From NCBI GenBank assembly GCA_012026655.1, contig JAAILG010000780.1, positions 1 through 64,000 of the forward strand: 64,000 bases of DNA. The letters run 5' to 3'. The position numbers and the translations under genes were made by a program. Of the stretch, positions 62,586 through 64,000 are shown piece after piece; position 1 is the stretch's first letter; each line of letters opens with the position of its first letter. This DNA is from Hydrolagus affinis (lineage: Eukaryota). The notes under the pieces are model-generated. The model saw nothing but the letters and a program-made list of their open reading frames with translations. It did not search any database and was not told the origin of the DNA.

Positions 62586-63574
62586 CATTACCTCCTTCAA
62601 CCCCTCCGCCCTCCTCAAACCCTACCACTAACTCATGTCTGGAATACTGTCTGTCCAGCGCGTTGGGATATCCTATCAACGTGAAAGGGCTACACAAATA
62701 TAATCTTGTTGTTGTTGTATAATGCACTTCAGTCTATCTTGCCCTCTCTCTATCCATCTTTAAATCCATCTCCACCCACCCCAGCCCCATCCTACCTCTC
62801 CAACCGTGCTTACAGTCGCCTCACCCTTTCCCCCTCTCGCTTGCTCACCATTCAGCGCACCCCCACCCCACCCACCCACCCCATTGTTGTAAAACTGCTT
62901 AACTGCCTAATAATAAATTAGCAAACTTTAATTTAACAAGTACATCGCCAAACTCCTATCTTCATGACGGACCCAAATTCACCCACAAATATAGAGTCAA
63001 TTCACTTTACAGTATATTCTGTGAAACATTTTGAGACCTGTAGAAAATGTGAAAAGCGCTGTATCAAATGCAAGGATTATTATTATTATGCAAGCTATTG
63101 CTCTTGAGATGCCGTGTGGAAAGTAATGACAATGCCAGCAGTGTAACACTACACATCTCTTTCAAGTATCCAGCAGAGCTCTCGGACACATACGGACACA
63201 TTTAATGTCTTGTTACAGTGGAGACCTTTCTGAAGGTGGAAATTGAGGGAAGAGGCATGAAATCCCAATCCCAAAGAGGCTTGTGATGGACAGCTCCCAC
63301 ATTAACACAAATGGTCGAATCCTTGCCAATCTCACTTTCTGCGTCCTGGGCATGTGCAATGATGGAAGTGATGTCAGTAGTGACATGATGACTTGGAAGT
63401 TAGCCATTTTTAATGTGGGAACCAAGGTAGCGTAGTCCATGGGCTACACCCACTAATCCTATTAGAAGTGATTCAGTGCTGCAATGAGCACATTATACAA
63501 ACCACTTCACTCCCTGGCACCTCCCTATCAAGCTGCATGGCTGTACACTCCACTTCACAAAGCCAGTCCGGAAC

Positions 63575-63900
63575 CTAGTTGTCTTGATCGATCCTCAACT
63601 GTCTTTCCTCCCTCACATCCAAGTCATGACCCACTCTGCCTTCTCTCACCTCCGCAACATTGCCCGACTCTGCCACTACCTCACCCCTCAGGATGCTGAA
63701 ACTCTCATTCATGCTTTCATAACATCCAGGCTCGACTACGCCAACAGCCTGATTGTCGGCCTTCCTAATTCCTCCCTCTATAGGCTGCAGATCATCCAGA
63801 ACTCTGCGGGCTACGTCCTCTATTGCTCCAAGCTCCATGACCACATCTCCCCCATTCTTGCCCAACTCCATTGGCTTCCCATCACCCAGAGGATTCAAGA
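63575..63900 (+). mobile_element. L2 LINE ORF2 fragment, followed by a reversed SINE tail (63901-64000)
   Basis: [58 protein letters not shown]. Confidence 0.88.
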
Positions 63901-64000
63901 TAATAATAATAATGATAATAATATTAATAATAATCCTTGCATTTGATATAGCACTTTTCACGTCTTCTGGATGTCTCAAAGTACTTCACGGAATAAACTC

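Noticed and set aside
63213-63440. 75-aa minus-strand ORF as a possible upstream B4GALNT3 exon
   Set aside because: No resemblance to the expected PA14-domain exons, which probably lie beyond the window.

Overview
Repeat-rich vertebrate genomic DNA, not prokaryotic. The L2/CR1 LINE and tRNA-headed SINE landscape suggests a cartilaginous fish such as a chimaera (inference). Exons were assembled by hand from GT-AG boundaries and codon phases, giving five protein-coding loci: TSPO (+, 4005-5783); a TEX33/CIMIP4-like gene (+, 9099-14822); a strongly diverged tubby-domain (TULP-family) gene (-, 18493 to at least 25335, possibly to about 30100); a TLR1-family Toll-like receptor with a single coding exon (+, 40291-42705); and the 3' part of B4GALNT3 (-, 48669-61995, continuing beyond the window). 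Features not explained by these genes: old direct repeats bracketing the TEX33-like gene; a displaced copy of a B4GALNT3 catalytic exon plus intron about 18 kb away, so the TLR is also bracketed; RFX X-box plus forkhead motif clusters upstream of both the TEX33-like and tubby-like genes; an Ile at the TSPO Ala147 ligand-sensitivity site; and several non-autonomous DNA transposons with intact TIRs and TSDs. Homology calls come from recalled family sequences; no database search was run.
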